A stretch of DNA of 64,000 bases from a virus: the IMG/VR virus record IMGVR_UViG_3300020179_001470, positions 1-64,000 of that record; one strand, given 5' to 3'. A program made the position numbers and the translations under genes. Below, piece after piece: positions 10,573 through 19,932 of this stretch; position 1 is the first letter of the stretch; every line of letters begins with the position of its first letter. The notes below the pieces were generated by a model, which did not search any database, was not told where the DNA came from, and saw only the letters and a program-made list of their open reading frames with translations.

Positions 10573-10872
10573 ATGATTAAAGAAATTAAAAAATGGGTAT
10601 TGTTTAATATCTTGAAAGGTAAAACACATCTTTTAAGGTTAAAACATTTTTTAAGAACAGGAAGAGACATTAAAACGTTACCACCACCGCAAAAAGATTA
10701 TGTCAGAGCTTATTTTTTTGAAATAGAAAATGGAGATTATGTTTTGAAACATCACGAAATCCCATCATATTTAGGGGAAAAGTTTTATGAGGATTTCAAT
10801 AATAAAAATGGTAAGTTGATGAGTTTAACAAGGGAAGAAGTGGTTAGATGGGTTATTGAAAATCAAAAATAA
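10573..10872 (+). CDS. Hypothetical protein
   Basis: 99-aa ORF. Confidence 0.55.
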   Translation: MIKEIKKWVLFNILKGKTHLLRLKHFLRTGRDIKTLPPPQKDYVRAYFFEIENGDYVLKHHEIPSYLGEKFYEDFNNKNGKLMSLTREEVVRWVIENQK

Positions 10873-10977
10873 TTATTACTTATAAAAACATTATCTTAAA
10901 TTAAATTTGAATATAAAAAAAATATTATTTATATTGGAGTATAGACAATATTAAGAATAATTAAAAAAATATAAGTT

Positions 10978-11151
10978 ATGGAAAATTTACAAATCAAAAT
11001 TACAATCACCGATGGTAAAAAGGAAGCAAAAGCAACAATTAGTGTAAACGAATACCAATCAATAAAAGAAATGCATGGTATAAGTATGCTGGATGAGCAG
11101 GTGGGTATTTTATTAGAAGAGATTGAAAAATCAACCACACCCAACAATTAA
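10978..11151 (+). CDS. Small hypothetical protein (below the ORF-track cutoff)
   Basis: MENLQIKITITDGKKEAK...PNN*; preceded by the same AATATAAGTTATG context as 11383. Confidence 0.5.
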   Translation: MENLQIKITITDGKKEAKATISVNEYQSIKEMHGISMLDEQVGILLEEIEKSTTPNN

Positions 11152-11174
11152 AGCACCATTGAGTAATTAATAAT

Positions 11175-11372
11175 ATGGGTTTTTTAAAATATACATTATT
11201 GTGGATTAGTCAAAATTTATCTATACCATTTTGGATGGTCGGTCATATCCATCTAACAATGAACGTATATGAAGACTTATATGAGATATTGGCATCTTTA
11301 GGTATGAATATAATTGTAGGTATTGGATTTTGGATTAGTTGGTTGGATTACAAAAAAGAAATTAGTAAATAA
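11175..11372 (+). CDS. Small membrane protein
   Basis: Hydrophobic 65-aa ORF. Confidence 0.55.
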   Translation: MGFLKYTLLWISQNLSIPFWMVGHIHLTMNVYEDLYEILASLGMNIIVGIGFWISWLDYKKEISK

Positions 11373-11382
11373 AATATAAGTT

Positions 11383-11601
11383 ATGAAAAGATTACATGTA
11401 AAATTTATTAAATGGTTATCTAACAAATTTGGATATAAAATTGTGATGTTAAAAGCATCAAACGGAACAACTACAATTGAAGGTGACAAAGAATTACTTC
11501 GCTATGTTAATATATCAGGTTACTTTTTTAAAAAAGAACCTTTATCAAGAGTACAACCAAGTAAAACGCCTACATCAGCTAAGGAAAATTTTTTTAGCTG
11601 A
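11383..11601 (+). CDS. Hypothetical protein (possibly frameshifted near the 3' end)
   Basis: 72-aa ORF; another frame stays open to 11689 across a T7 run. Confidence 0.45.
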   Translation: MKRLHVKFIKWLSNKFGYKIVMLKASNGTTTIEGDKELLRYVNISGYFFKKEPLSRVQPSKTPTSAKENFFS

Positions 11602-11743
11602 ACCTAAACCTGATGTGAGTAATATAACACCAATCACAAAATTGACACCAGAACAATTAAGAGAATTGGTAATCACCCCCAACAATTGAATCACCGCTTT
11701 CAAATTAGTAAATATTTATAAAAAAAACAAATAAATTAAAAAA

Positions 11744-13120
11744 ATGAAAATTACAAAAACACTATTATTGATTTTAGGATTATTCGCAATCGTCTACTCT
11801 TGTTCTGATACAAGTAAAACAGTTAAACCAGTAAATTTCCCAACTGATTTAGATATCTCAGGTTTTAATTTCCCTGAGGACTCTACAAAAATTTATGAGT
11901 GGTTGGATGAACAAGATACTACGAGTATTGTAAATCATGCATGGGGTATTTGGGCTGGACTTACAGAACCAACCAAGCAAAAATACGATGGTCAAACATT
12001 GTTGGTTTTCGAAACTTGGATGGGTGTACAAGAGTTATCGGCCATGTCCGCACAAGGACAAGTTTCAAGTTCTATGGAAAAATCAAATAGAACTCAGTTA
12101 AACGTTCCAAGACAATTTATTCATGGTAGGTTATTTTCTGGTCAAAAAATTGACACCAACTTCACAGTATTAGAAACGGTATCATATGACCCGTCAGCGG
12201 CACATTTCGCAACATCTAACAAATTATTTAATCAATCTGAGTTGAATAAATATTTGGTCAAGAATGGTATTGGTGCGGTTCCTGAATTTCCTAACACATC
12301 AATAACTACAAAACCAACTTATTATGCTGGTGTACCAAGTAAAAACGGTTTAATTAGAGTGCCTGTATGGGTATCACCTAATCCCGCTAAAGCATATCAA
12401 TATAAAGAATGGCAAGAATGGGTATACGCTGATATTAACAATAAACAAGAACCCAATAAAAAATTGGTGCCTATTACAACACCGAACCCAACTAATGAAC
12501 AAATCAAAGCCGCTACATGTAACGTGGATGATTTTATCAACTATAAAATTGATAGAATTAGTGCGGATTATCTCAACAACCACCAAGATGTTGGAACAAC
12601 ACCAAGTAGACAATTTATTGATGGTGATTATATCTTATTAGTTGCAATGCACGTAACCACAAAAGAATTTAAAAATTGGACGTGGCAAACATATTTTTGG
12701 TGTCCCGACCCTTCAAACCCACCTTCACCAAGTTCAAAATTTGAAGCGGGTTTAAGACCAAAAGAACTAAAAGGAGCTGCCGCCCATTACGCTGTTAGTA
12801 CCGCATATGCAATGGTTTGGCCCAACCAACCCGTAACGGGTGGTTCCGATTTTAACGCGAGACCAATATTATCTTTTAACCCATATTTAGAGGGTGGATT
12901 TGGTCCAAAAGTTTTCAGTTTACCGAACAAGTTTAGACCCGATTTTGTGTATGGAATGCAGACAAACTGTATGTCCTGTCATGCCTTGTCTACCATGTCA
13001 GGTAAAAACGGGTACACCACAAATCAGTATATTGATATGATGGATACTTCGTTGTTTAAGAATGATGTTAAGTTAGATTTTGCTTGGTCAATTCAAGGTA
13101 ATTTGAATTCTGACAAGTAA
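11744..13120 (+). CDS. Lipoprotein with a C-terminal CxxCH (putative c-type heme) motif
   Basis: Signal peptide ending AIVYSC; TNCMSCH near the C-terminus. Confidence 0.65.
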   Translation: MKITKTLLLILGLFAIVYSCSDTSKTVKPVNFPTDLDISGFNFPEDSTKIYEWLDEQDTTSIVNHAWGIWAGLTEPTKQKYDGQTLLVFETWMGVQELSAMSAQGQVSSSMEKSNRTQLNVPRQFIHGRLFSGQKIDTNFTVLETVSYDPSAAHFATSNKLFNQSELNKYLVKNGIGAVPEFPNTSITTKPTYYAGVPSKNGLIRVPVWVSPNPAKAYQYKEWQEWVYADINNKQEPNKKLVPITTPNPTNEQIKAATCNVDDFINYKIDRISADYLNNHQDVGTTPSRQFIDGDYILLVAMHVTTKEFKNWTWQTYFWCPDPSNPPSPSSKFEAGLRPKELKGAAAHYAVSTAYAMVWPNQPVTGGSDFNARPILSFNPYLEGGFGPKVFSLPNKFRPDFVYGMQTNCMSCHALSTMSGKNGYTTNQYIDMMDTSLFKNDVKLDFAWSIQGNLNSDK

Positions 13121-13139
13121 TAATTAAAATAAACAATAA

Positions 13140-13454
13140 GTGAAGCTCCGCAAAATTGTAAAAGAATATAAAAATGCTACGACTTTTGAAATTTGGGAAG
13201 GAATTAGAGATAACTTTACTTTCGGTTTCATTGGAGCGACACTTATTGTTTTTATTGCAACAAGAACCGATTTTGCTGTTCTTGTCGGTTACATTGTATA
13301 CTATTATTACATGGGTCGGATTGTAAATCGACCAAAATATGTCACAGATTTGGGTAAATTAATAGTATTCCCAATCCCGTCGGCATTAGGAGCGTTTATA
13401 GGGTATAAATTGTCTTATACTTTAATTAGTTTGTTGGAAAAGGTTTTTATTTAG
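13140..13454 (+). CDS. Membrane protein
   Basis: Three hydrophobic segments. Confidence 0.65.
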   Translation: MKLRKIVKEYKNATTFEIWEGIRDNFTFGFIGATLIVFIATRTDFAVLVGYIVYYYYMGRIVNRPKYVTDLGKLIVFPIPSALGAFIGYKLSYTLISLLEKVFI

Positions 13455-13599
13455 TTCTTCTACCTTGTCCTCGGTAGTTTTTTTCTTTTTTGTCGTGTTT
13501 ATTGAAAGATTTCTTAGATTTACCTAATTTTCTTTTACCAAAAGTCACCTTTATCGATGCGTTTGATGATTTACTCTTTGAACTTTTTCCTGCCGCCAT
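13447..13599 (-). CDS. Small basic protein ending YRGQGRRTK (not in ORF track)
   Basis: MAAGKSSKSKSSNASIKVTFGKRKLGKSKKSFNKHDKKEKNYRGQGRRTK*; upstream TATTTAT at 13618-13624. Confidence 0.7.
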   Translation of the reverse strand: MAAGKSSKSKSSNASIKVTFGKRKLGKSKKSFNKHDKKEKNYRGQGRRTK

Positions 13600-13667
13600 T
13601 TTAATAATTTTATAAAAATAAATATGGATATCATTAAAAAAGAAGTATATTTGTAAAAAATAAAGAA

Positions 13668-15509
13668 ATGCAACTCATCAAACAAAGGTTTTCATATTTT
13701 AGGATAGAGTTACTCAGGGACAATTGTATGGTTACCCAAGAGAAACCTGAAATAAGTGTTGCACCTGAAAAAGAGATATTCGATGACCCGTTTATCAATA
13801 AACTGATTGAAAAAAATCAAATCTCGCCCGTGACGAGTATTCATACTCCGTATGAAACGGTTAAGTTAGAACCTAAACCTAAAAAAGGTCCTAAGACAAA
13901 GTATTTCTACAATGATAACGAAAAAGAATATGTCTCTTTTCCAAAATTAACTAAACAACCTTTTTATACAACAAAAGAGAGACATCTTAAAAGACATTAT
14001 GGAAATCCATTTGCATCAATACATATTGTCATATATGAAAGAACAATAGAACTTCGTGATGGTAAATTATACATAAGGTGTTATAAAAACACAAGACATC
14101 GTGATTTTAATTGGAGGTATTTTCGCAAATCTTCTAATGTGATGACCCTTACAATCGATTTACATAAAGGTGATTTTACTATTGGGGATTTAAATTTTGG
14201 TAAAAATAAATCCAAGAGATTTAGAAAAAATTCATTTACTACTTTAGAAATTTTATTGGGTTCAAATAATCTTTTTAATTTAAAAAAAGAGTTTAATAGT
14301 AATTTAAAAATTTCAAGTGAGTTCAATGAAGCGTTCAATGAACAAAAGTTCATGCAAACTATAAAAGATTTCATTCCAAATATACCTAATTCAATTCAAG
14401 ATTTATTTGATAAACACGGATTCTTAACTAGTTTTATTGAATTTTTTGTTGAAAAGAAAAAAATAAAGACCCCAAATGATTTTATTACACTGATAAAACT
14501 ATATTACCCAACTGAAAAATTCCTCAAAAAAAATCAGAGAAAATTAACACAATCCATTTTGGATAGTTACGGTATAAATTCCAAATTCACATTAAAACTT
14601 TTTCATGATAAACCTAAATTGAATTTACAGGAATTTTCATGTTTTTGTGATTTACTTGGAAAAGATTACCCAAAATACCTTGGTTCCTTAAAACCAGAAT
14701 GTTTTGATTTTTTTATAAACAACGAAGGTTCATCTCAGATGGCCACACCTCTTGAATTAAGGGGTGCGGGAAATCACCACCGACATCTTTTTATTGATAA
14801 TATTGATAGAGAAAATATTATTAAGATTCTTAACTCTTTGATTGGTTCATCATCCGAAGTTGTTTACAGACCTCCAATTAGAGGTCTGTATACACTCATA
14901 AAAGACCATTTTGATATGATTGAAAAAGTTAGGGAATTTGACCCTAATTTAAAAATGAGGGCAACTAACTACAATGACTTTCACACAGAACATATAGAAC
15001 TCAGTAAAACATGTTCCGTAATTAGAAAAGGTTGGTCGATTGAATATCAATATGATAATCGAATGGTCAGACTTGTTGAGGAGAGTATAAATACAAATTT
15101 TGAAAACAATAATTACGAATTCAAACCGGTAATTTTAAAAAGGCAAGAGGAATATTCGGAAGAAGGTACATTTATGCACCACTGTGTTGCTAGTTACGCG
15201 AATAAAGAATCGTCAATGATAATTTCATTAAGAATTAATGGTGGGGCCGATAGAGTAACGTGTGAGTTTAATAAAAAAACAGGTGAAAGTATACAAGAAA
15301 GACATTTTTGTAATAAGTTACCACCTGAGTATTTTGGTGAGTCATTAGAAATATTGAAAAAAAGGGTTAGAAAATTTGCTAGTCAGAGACTATTGAATCA
15401 TATTGACATGAAAAAAGTTAAAGTTAAAATAAATGGTAAAGAGGTTGCAGATAGAACGGAACCCGATTTATTTGAACAACTTTTAAATGGTGACAACTTG
15501 GAGTTGTAA
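13668..15509 (+). CDS. PcfJ-like domain protein
   Basis: C-terminal EEGTFMHHCVASY...IISLR...TCEF. Confidence 0.7.
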   Translation: MQLIKQRFSYFRIELLRDNCMVTQEKPEISVAPEKEIFDDPFINKLIEKNQISPVTSIHTPYETVKLEPKPKKGPKTKYFYNDNEKEYVSFPKLTKQPFYTTKERHLKRHYGNPFASIHIVIYERTIELRDGKLYIRCYKNTRHRDFNWRYFRKSSNVMTLTIDLHKGDFTIGDLNFGKNKSKRFRKNSFTTLEILLGSNNLFNLKKEFNSNLKISSEFNEAFNEQKFMQTIKDFIPNIPNSIQDLFDKHGFLTSFIEFFVEKKKIKTPNDFITLIKLYYPTEKFLKKNQRKLTQSILDSYGINSKFTLKLFHDKPKLNLQEFSCFCDLLGKDYPKYLGSLKPECFDFFINNEGSSQMATPLELRGAGNHHRHLFIDNIDRENIIKILNSLIGSSSEVVYRPPIRGLYTLIKDHFDMIEKVREFDPNLKMRATNYNDFHTEHIELSKTCSVIRKGWSIEYQYDNRMVRLVEESINTNFENNNYEFKPVILKRQEEYSEEGTFMHHCVASYANKESSMIISLRINGGADRVTCEFNKKTGESIQERHFCNKLPPEYFGESLEILKKRVRKFASQRLLNHIDMKKVKVKINGKEVADRTEPDLFEQLLNGDNLEL

Positions 15510-15553
15510 TTTTAATACTACAAAATTAAAATTCATCCACGTATATTTTATAC

Positions 15554-16948
15554 GTGGACTTATTAATTAGACACTACCAAACAAAAAAATCAAAGGTTGA
15601 CAATTCAACCTCGATTAGTGAAATTCAGTTGTATCAATACGATGATTTAATACACTACATCGCAGATTTTACTTTTGATTATTTAAGATACGGAGTAAGA
15701 AATACCCTAACAATTCATCATGGTTTAACACTTAATTTAAAAAGTGGAGATATACATACTTACTACCAAATAACTAATCGAAGTTTGGACACCAACCAAT
15801 ATGGTAGAAATAATAACAATAAAAAGAAAAATAATTTTGAATCGCTAATTGGTTTGGTGGACAATGGTATGTATAAGGGTGAAAAAAGAAAAGGGTATTG
15901 GGGTAAAAGATATGATACGTCAATTCAAAAAATTACTGACATACTAATTTTAAAAATCAAACCCTATATAGATTTACCATCAGGTGAAAATAAAAGTTAT
16001 ACTGAAAAATATATGGTAAATCCAATATTCGATTTGTTAGTTGATTTTCATTTATCTAAGAAAAAAATAAAATACCACGATGGAATATATGTCACAATAC
16101 AGAAAGAGTATCCAAAACCAAAGTGGTTAAAATTAAATGATAATAAATTTTTACCCGCTGTGTTAGATTCTTACGGGATAAAATCAAAATATCTAATTGC
16201 CGAATTAAATAAATCCAAAAACTTTGATATCGATATTCGATGTTTAAGTTACCTGTGTAAATTATTTGGTCAAGGATATGTTGATTACTTAAGAAAATTA
16301 AACTGGACCGCAATAGTTACAACAACATATCAATTTAGGAAATATCACACCTTAAACAATAAAAATGAAAAATTATCAATGGTTAAGGTAATTAACGATT
16401 GGCAATCCAGTTCAATTTTTAGGGACAATTTTATTAAGATTATTAATAGACTTTTAATTATTCGTGAATTTTTGAAAAGTAAGGGAATTGAATTAAAGTT
16501 TAATGTAAGAGATTCTGATTCTACGGAACTGTTATTGAATAAATATGAAAATATTATAAATCATTTTAAAAAGGGATACAAAATAAGATTTACTTTTCCT
16601 GAAGAATTTCAAAAAGATGTGGAATCAGATATTTTTATCGGAGACAAGGTTTATAAAGTAAGGATACTGAAAACTGAAGAGGATTTTTTTACGGAGGGTT
16701 TTCTAATGAAAAATTGTATAGGTAAACAGTTTAGTAGGGGTGTTGTTTACATTTATATATCGATGAAAAATAACCGTACAAAGATTAATTTGGAATATAA
16801 AAAAGGAAACCTTATAATTTCATTTGGTAAAGCTAATACACCAATTGAATCACATTTCAGTGAGGCGATAAATGAACTAAACATAAAAATGATGAAATAT
16901 TCAGACATGGTTTGGGAAAAAGAAAAGTATGAATACATTTTTAAATAA
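15554..16948 (+). CDS. PcfJ-like domain protein (paralog of the preceding gene)
   Basis: TEGFLMKNCIG; shares YP..K.LK.N..K....LDSYGI.SK with 13668..15509. Confidence 0.65.
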   Translation: MDLLIRHYQTKKSKVDNSTSISEIQLYQYDDLIHYIADFTFDYLRYGVRNTLTIHHGLTLNLKSGDIHTYYQITNRSLDTNQYGRNNNNKKKNNFESLIGLVDNGMYKGEKRKGYWGKRYDTSIQKITDILILKIKPYIDLPSGENKSYTEKYMVNPIFDLLVDFHLSKKKIKYHDGIYVTIQKEYPKPKWLKLNDNKFLPAVLDSYGIKSKYLIAELNKSKNFDIDIRCLSYLCKLFGQGYVDYLRKLNWTAIVTTTYQFRKYHTLNNKNEKLSMVKVINDWQSSSIFRDNFIKIINRLLIIREFLKSKGIELKFNVRDSDSTELLLNKYENIINHFKKGYKIRFTFPEEFQKDVESDIFIGDKVYKVRILKTEEDFFTEGFLMKNCIGKQFSRGVVYIYISMKNNRTKINLEYKKGNLIISFGKANTPIESHFSEAINELNIKMMKYSDMVWEKEKYEYIFK

Positions 16949-17266
16949 TTTTAAATTTTTTTGTAAATTCAAAATTATTTCATACATTTAGTTACTTAAT
17001 ACAATTTAAAATGGAACCGAAAGAATCTAAATCAAATTCTCACTTTAATATAAGTTTGGTTAAATCCACTTTGAGAATAATCGCTTGTTATTTTTTATTT
17101 TTTACTAATTTTACCCTTGCTGCGGTTTTATTTTTTATTGCCGAAATACTTGGAATTGCTGAAGAAATATTCTAAAACAAAAATACATAGCTAAAGAGTT
17201 TATTATGATTTTATTCAAATAAAACGGAATATTAAAAGTTACACAACAAAAAAAGAAAATAAAAAA

Positions 17267-17584
17267 ATGTTAATAGTTGACCCAACTAACAAAAACGACC
17301 AAGAAGTTGATTTTGGGGGTAATTGGATGAATATAAAAACTTCCACTGTTGTTAAATTAAATGATTTGTTGGTTGTCCAACACGATGGGGTTCCATTGAC
17401 TTTAATGGTTGAAATCAAAGCGGATTTTAATACTATACCTGTAGAATATCACGAAGTTTTTTTTAATGTAATGTCTTCAAGATATATCGGTAAAGTTAAT
17501 TTTGGGAATAATCCATTTTCACAGTGTAAGCCTGTTCAAAAAAGAAAATGGTATCAATTTTGGAAATCTAAATATTTTGTCTGA
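17267..17584 (+). CDS. Hypothetical protein (C-terminal KWYQFWK)
   Basis: 105-aa ORF. Confidence 0.6.
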   Translation: MLIVDPTNKNDQEVDFGGNWMNIKTSTVVKLNDLLVVQHDGVPLTLMVEIKADFNTIPVEYHEVFFNVMSSRYIGKVNFGNNPFSQCKPVQKRKWYQFWKSKYFV

Positions 17585-17744
17585 CTCTAATATTTATTTT
17601 CGTGAAGAGTCCTAAAGAAATTAATAATCAGATTATTAATGACGAAAACCCAATAGTTAACGATGAAGTAATTTATAATTATTACAATTCAGAGGATGAT
17701 TATACTTGGGATGACAACAAACAACATACCGAACAGAGTTTTTT

Positions 17745-18212
17745 CTAAAACCAAAATGGTTGTTGTCTATTTTTCCAAGTAGTAAATCTTGACTTTGCGC
17801 CTCGGTAATAATTACGATACGATTCGATTACACAATCGGTTTTATATTGTATTGGCATTGCCTTAGGTGGGTCAGTTAATCCTTTGTCAGGTATGTTTAA
17901 TTTATTTGTGACACACCATTCAATCACATCTTGAGATTTATGTCGTTTACCATATCGGTAAGTGTATTCCTTACACAATTCCAAACCTAATTCACACAAT
18001 AAAAGATAATTTGTTAACGATTCCCTAACCCAAATAGAACACGGATGATTTTTCTGTGATAACTTATAGGGGGCCTCACTATCATTTTGATTAGTCACAT
18101 GATGAGCACCACATAGTAATTGTGCGGTTTCCAATATCATTTTTACTACGTGTTTGTCACAGTGATATTCAGCACATTTCTTGATATCTTTATCTAAAAA
18201 GAAAATATTCAC
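17745..18212 (-). CDS. Pyrimidine-dimer DNA glycosylase / endonuclease V-like protein
   Basis: MNIFFLD...DKHVVKMILETAQLL...NHPCSIW...EYTYRYGKRH. Confidence 0.8.
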   Translation of the reverse strand: MNIFFLDKDIKKCAEYHCDKHVVKMILETAQLLCGAHHVTNQNDSEAPYKLSQKNHPCSIWVRESLTNYLLLCELGLELCKEYTYRYGKRHKSQDVIEWCVTNKLNIPDKGLTDPPKAMPIQYKTDCVIESYRNYYRGAKSRFTTWKNRQQPFWF

Positions 18213-18270
18213 AGGTCAAATATAGTGACAATTTATAAAAAAATATTTATTTTTACAAAAACATATTAAA

Positions 18271-18960
18271 ATGCGTATATCTAATTTTTTAGTTAAGGGA
18301 GAAGTCAGGGAAATTAAACCTTTCATATTTGCAATCATAATAAAAAATCAATATGATAGGTCAAGTTTATTCTGTAGATATCAAGAGTTCTACGAATCAC
18401 CTTATCCACAAATTAGAGGTAACCATTTTACAATTGAAGAGTATATGAAACTATACACTTACACAAATAAAAAACCACATTTTACGTATCCAAGTGATTG
18501 GACCGGATACAACATCCCCTCGAATATTTTATTAAGAGCAAGAACAACATTTGGTTCTCCAAGAAGTCAGTACGACCAAACCATGAGTGATATTATCGAT
18601 TATTGTGAAAGAGAATCAAGAATTCAAAATAAGGGCGAACAACATTCATGGTACTTAATTGGTGTGGACAAACTAAAGAGTAGTATAATGAATCATGAAA
18701 TTGCTCATGGTTTTTATTACACTAATCCAGAATATAAAGTTGAGATGGACTATTTGATTGATGATTTAAATAAAAAAGATTATGAATGCTTTAAAAAAGT
18801 TTTAGTTAAAAGTGGATATTTAGATGACAAGATTATTATCGATGATGAAATTCAAGCTTACATGTCAACCGGTAAACACAATAAGTGGAGTGAAACTCCA
18901 TATAAAAAATATTCACCTTATTTTATAAAGGTTTTTAAAAAATTTATTAAGAACAAATAG
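18271..18960 (+). CDS. Hypothetical protein with HEXXH (possible zincin)
   Basis: HEIAHG followed by DEIQAY. Confidence 0.55.
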   Translation: MRISNFLVKGEVREIKPFIFAIIIKNQYDRSSLFCRYQEFYESPYPQIRGNHFTIEEYMKLYTYTNKKPHFTYPSDWTGYNIPSNILLRARTTFGSPRSQYDQTMSDIIDYCERESRIQNKGEQHSWYLIGVDKLKSSIMNHEIAHGFYYTNPEYKVEMDYLIDDLNKKDYECFKKVLVKSGYLDDKIIIDDEIQAYMSTGKHNKWSETPYKKYSPYFIKVFKKFIKNK

Positions 18961-18961
18961 G

Positions 18962-19306
18962 ATGAAATTTATTATAGCCGGTGGACGAGATTTTTCAAAC
19001 TATGATTTATTAAAAGAATCTTGCAATTTATTATTACTACAAAAAGTAAAAGAGATTGTCTCGGGTGACGCTCGTGGGGCGGACAGTATGGGAGAAAAAT
19101 GGGCTTTGGAAAATAGAATAAGAATAACAGTTTTTCCCGCAAATTGGAACAAGTATGGTAAATCCGCGGGGTACAAAAGAAATATTCAAATGTCAGAATA
19201 TGCCGATGGACTGATTGCATTTTGGGACGGTAAAAGTAAAGGAACAAAACATATGATTGATATTGCAAAAGAAAAGGGGTTGGAAGTTCATGTAATTAAT
19301 TATTAA
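18962..19306 (+). CDS. SLOG / YspA (DUF2493)-like protein
   Basis: IIAGGRDF...VSGDARGAD...AGYKRN..M...AFWDGKSKGT. Confidence 0.85.
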   Translation: MKFIIAGGRDFSNYDLLKESCNLLLLQKVKEIVSGDARGADSMGEKWALENRIRITVFPANWNKYGKSAGYKRNIQMSEYADGLIAFWDGKSKGTKHMIDIAKEKGLEVHVINY

Positions 19307-19308
19307 AA

Positions 19309-19881
19309 ATGAAAGTAATATTTTTAGACCACGATGGTGTAATTTGTTTATCTTCAGAGTGGGGTGGTCGATTTAAAAAACAAAAAGAGTGGGGTGGTCG
19401 TAAATTATCTATGACTACTTTAGAAATGCCACTAGAATACCGATTTGATAATTTCAATCAAAAAGCAGTTAAGGTATTAAACCAAATCATCGAAAAAACA
19501 GGTGCGGAAATTGTAACGTCATCTGATTGGAAGAGATGGGCAAATCTCGAAGAAATGGGTGAATACTACGAATCAAAAGGTATCTCTAAAAAACCAATCG
19601 CTCTCACACCTAATTTAGGCCAGTGTAATTGGTATAATGATAAAGTATGGGTTTGGTCACCGAGATGGGATTTGGAGATGACTCGTGTTATCGAGATTAA
19701 ACAATTTTTACACGACCACCCTGAAGTTACTCATTGGGTTTCTGTTGATGATTTGGATATGGGTAAAAATGGAGAGGACTGGAAAGATTGGGGCTTAGAT
19801 AATTTTGTATTAACTCCATCATCTACTTTAGGTATTAAACAATCTGGTATAAAACAAAAGATTATCAATTACCTTACTTAA
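19309..19881 (+). CDS. HAD-family phosphatase (RNA-repair HAD_SAK-like)
   Basis: IFLDHDGV, VTSSDWK, WVSVDD. Confidence 0.8.
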   Translation: MKVIFLDHDGVICLSSEWGGRFKKQKEWGGRKLSMTTLEMPLEYRFDNFNQKAVKVLNQIIEKTGAEIVTSSDWKRWANLEEMGEYYESKGISKKPIALTPNLGQCNWYNDKVWVWSPRWDLEMTRVIEIKQFLHDHPEVTHWVSVDDLDMGKNGEDWKDWGLDNFVLTPSSTLGIKQSGIKQKIINYLT

Positions 19882-19932
19882 TTACACCGTTTCTAAACGT
19901 AGGGATATTTATTTAAATATAGAATTGTTTTA

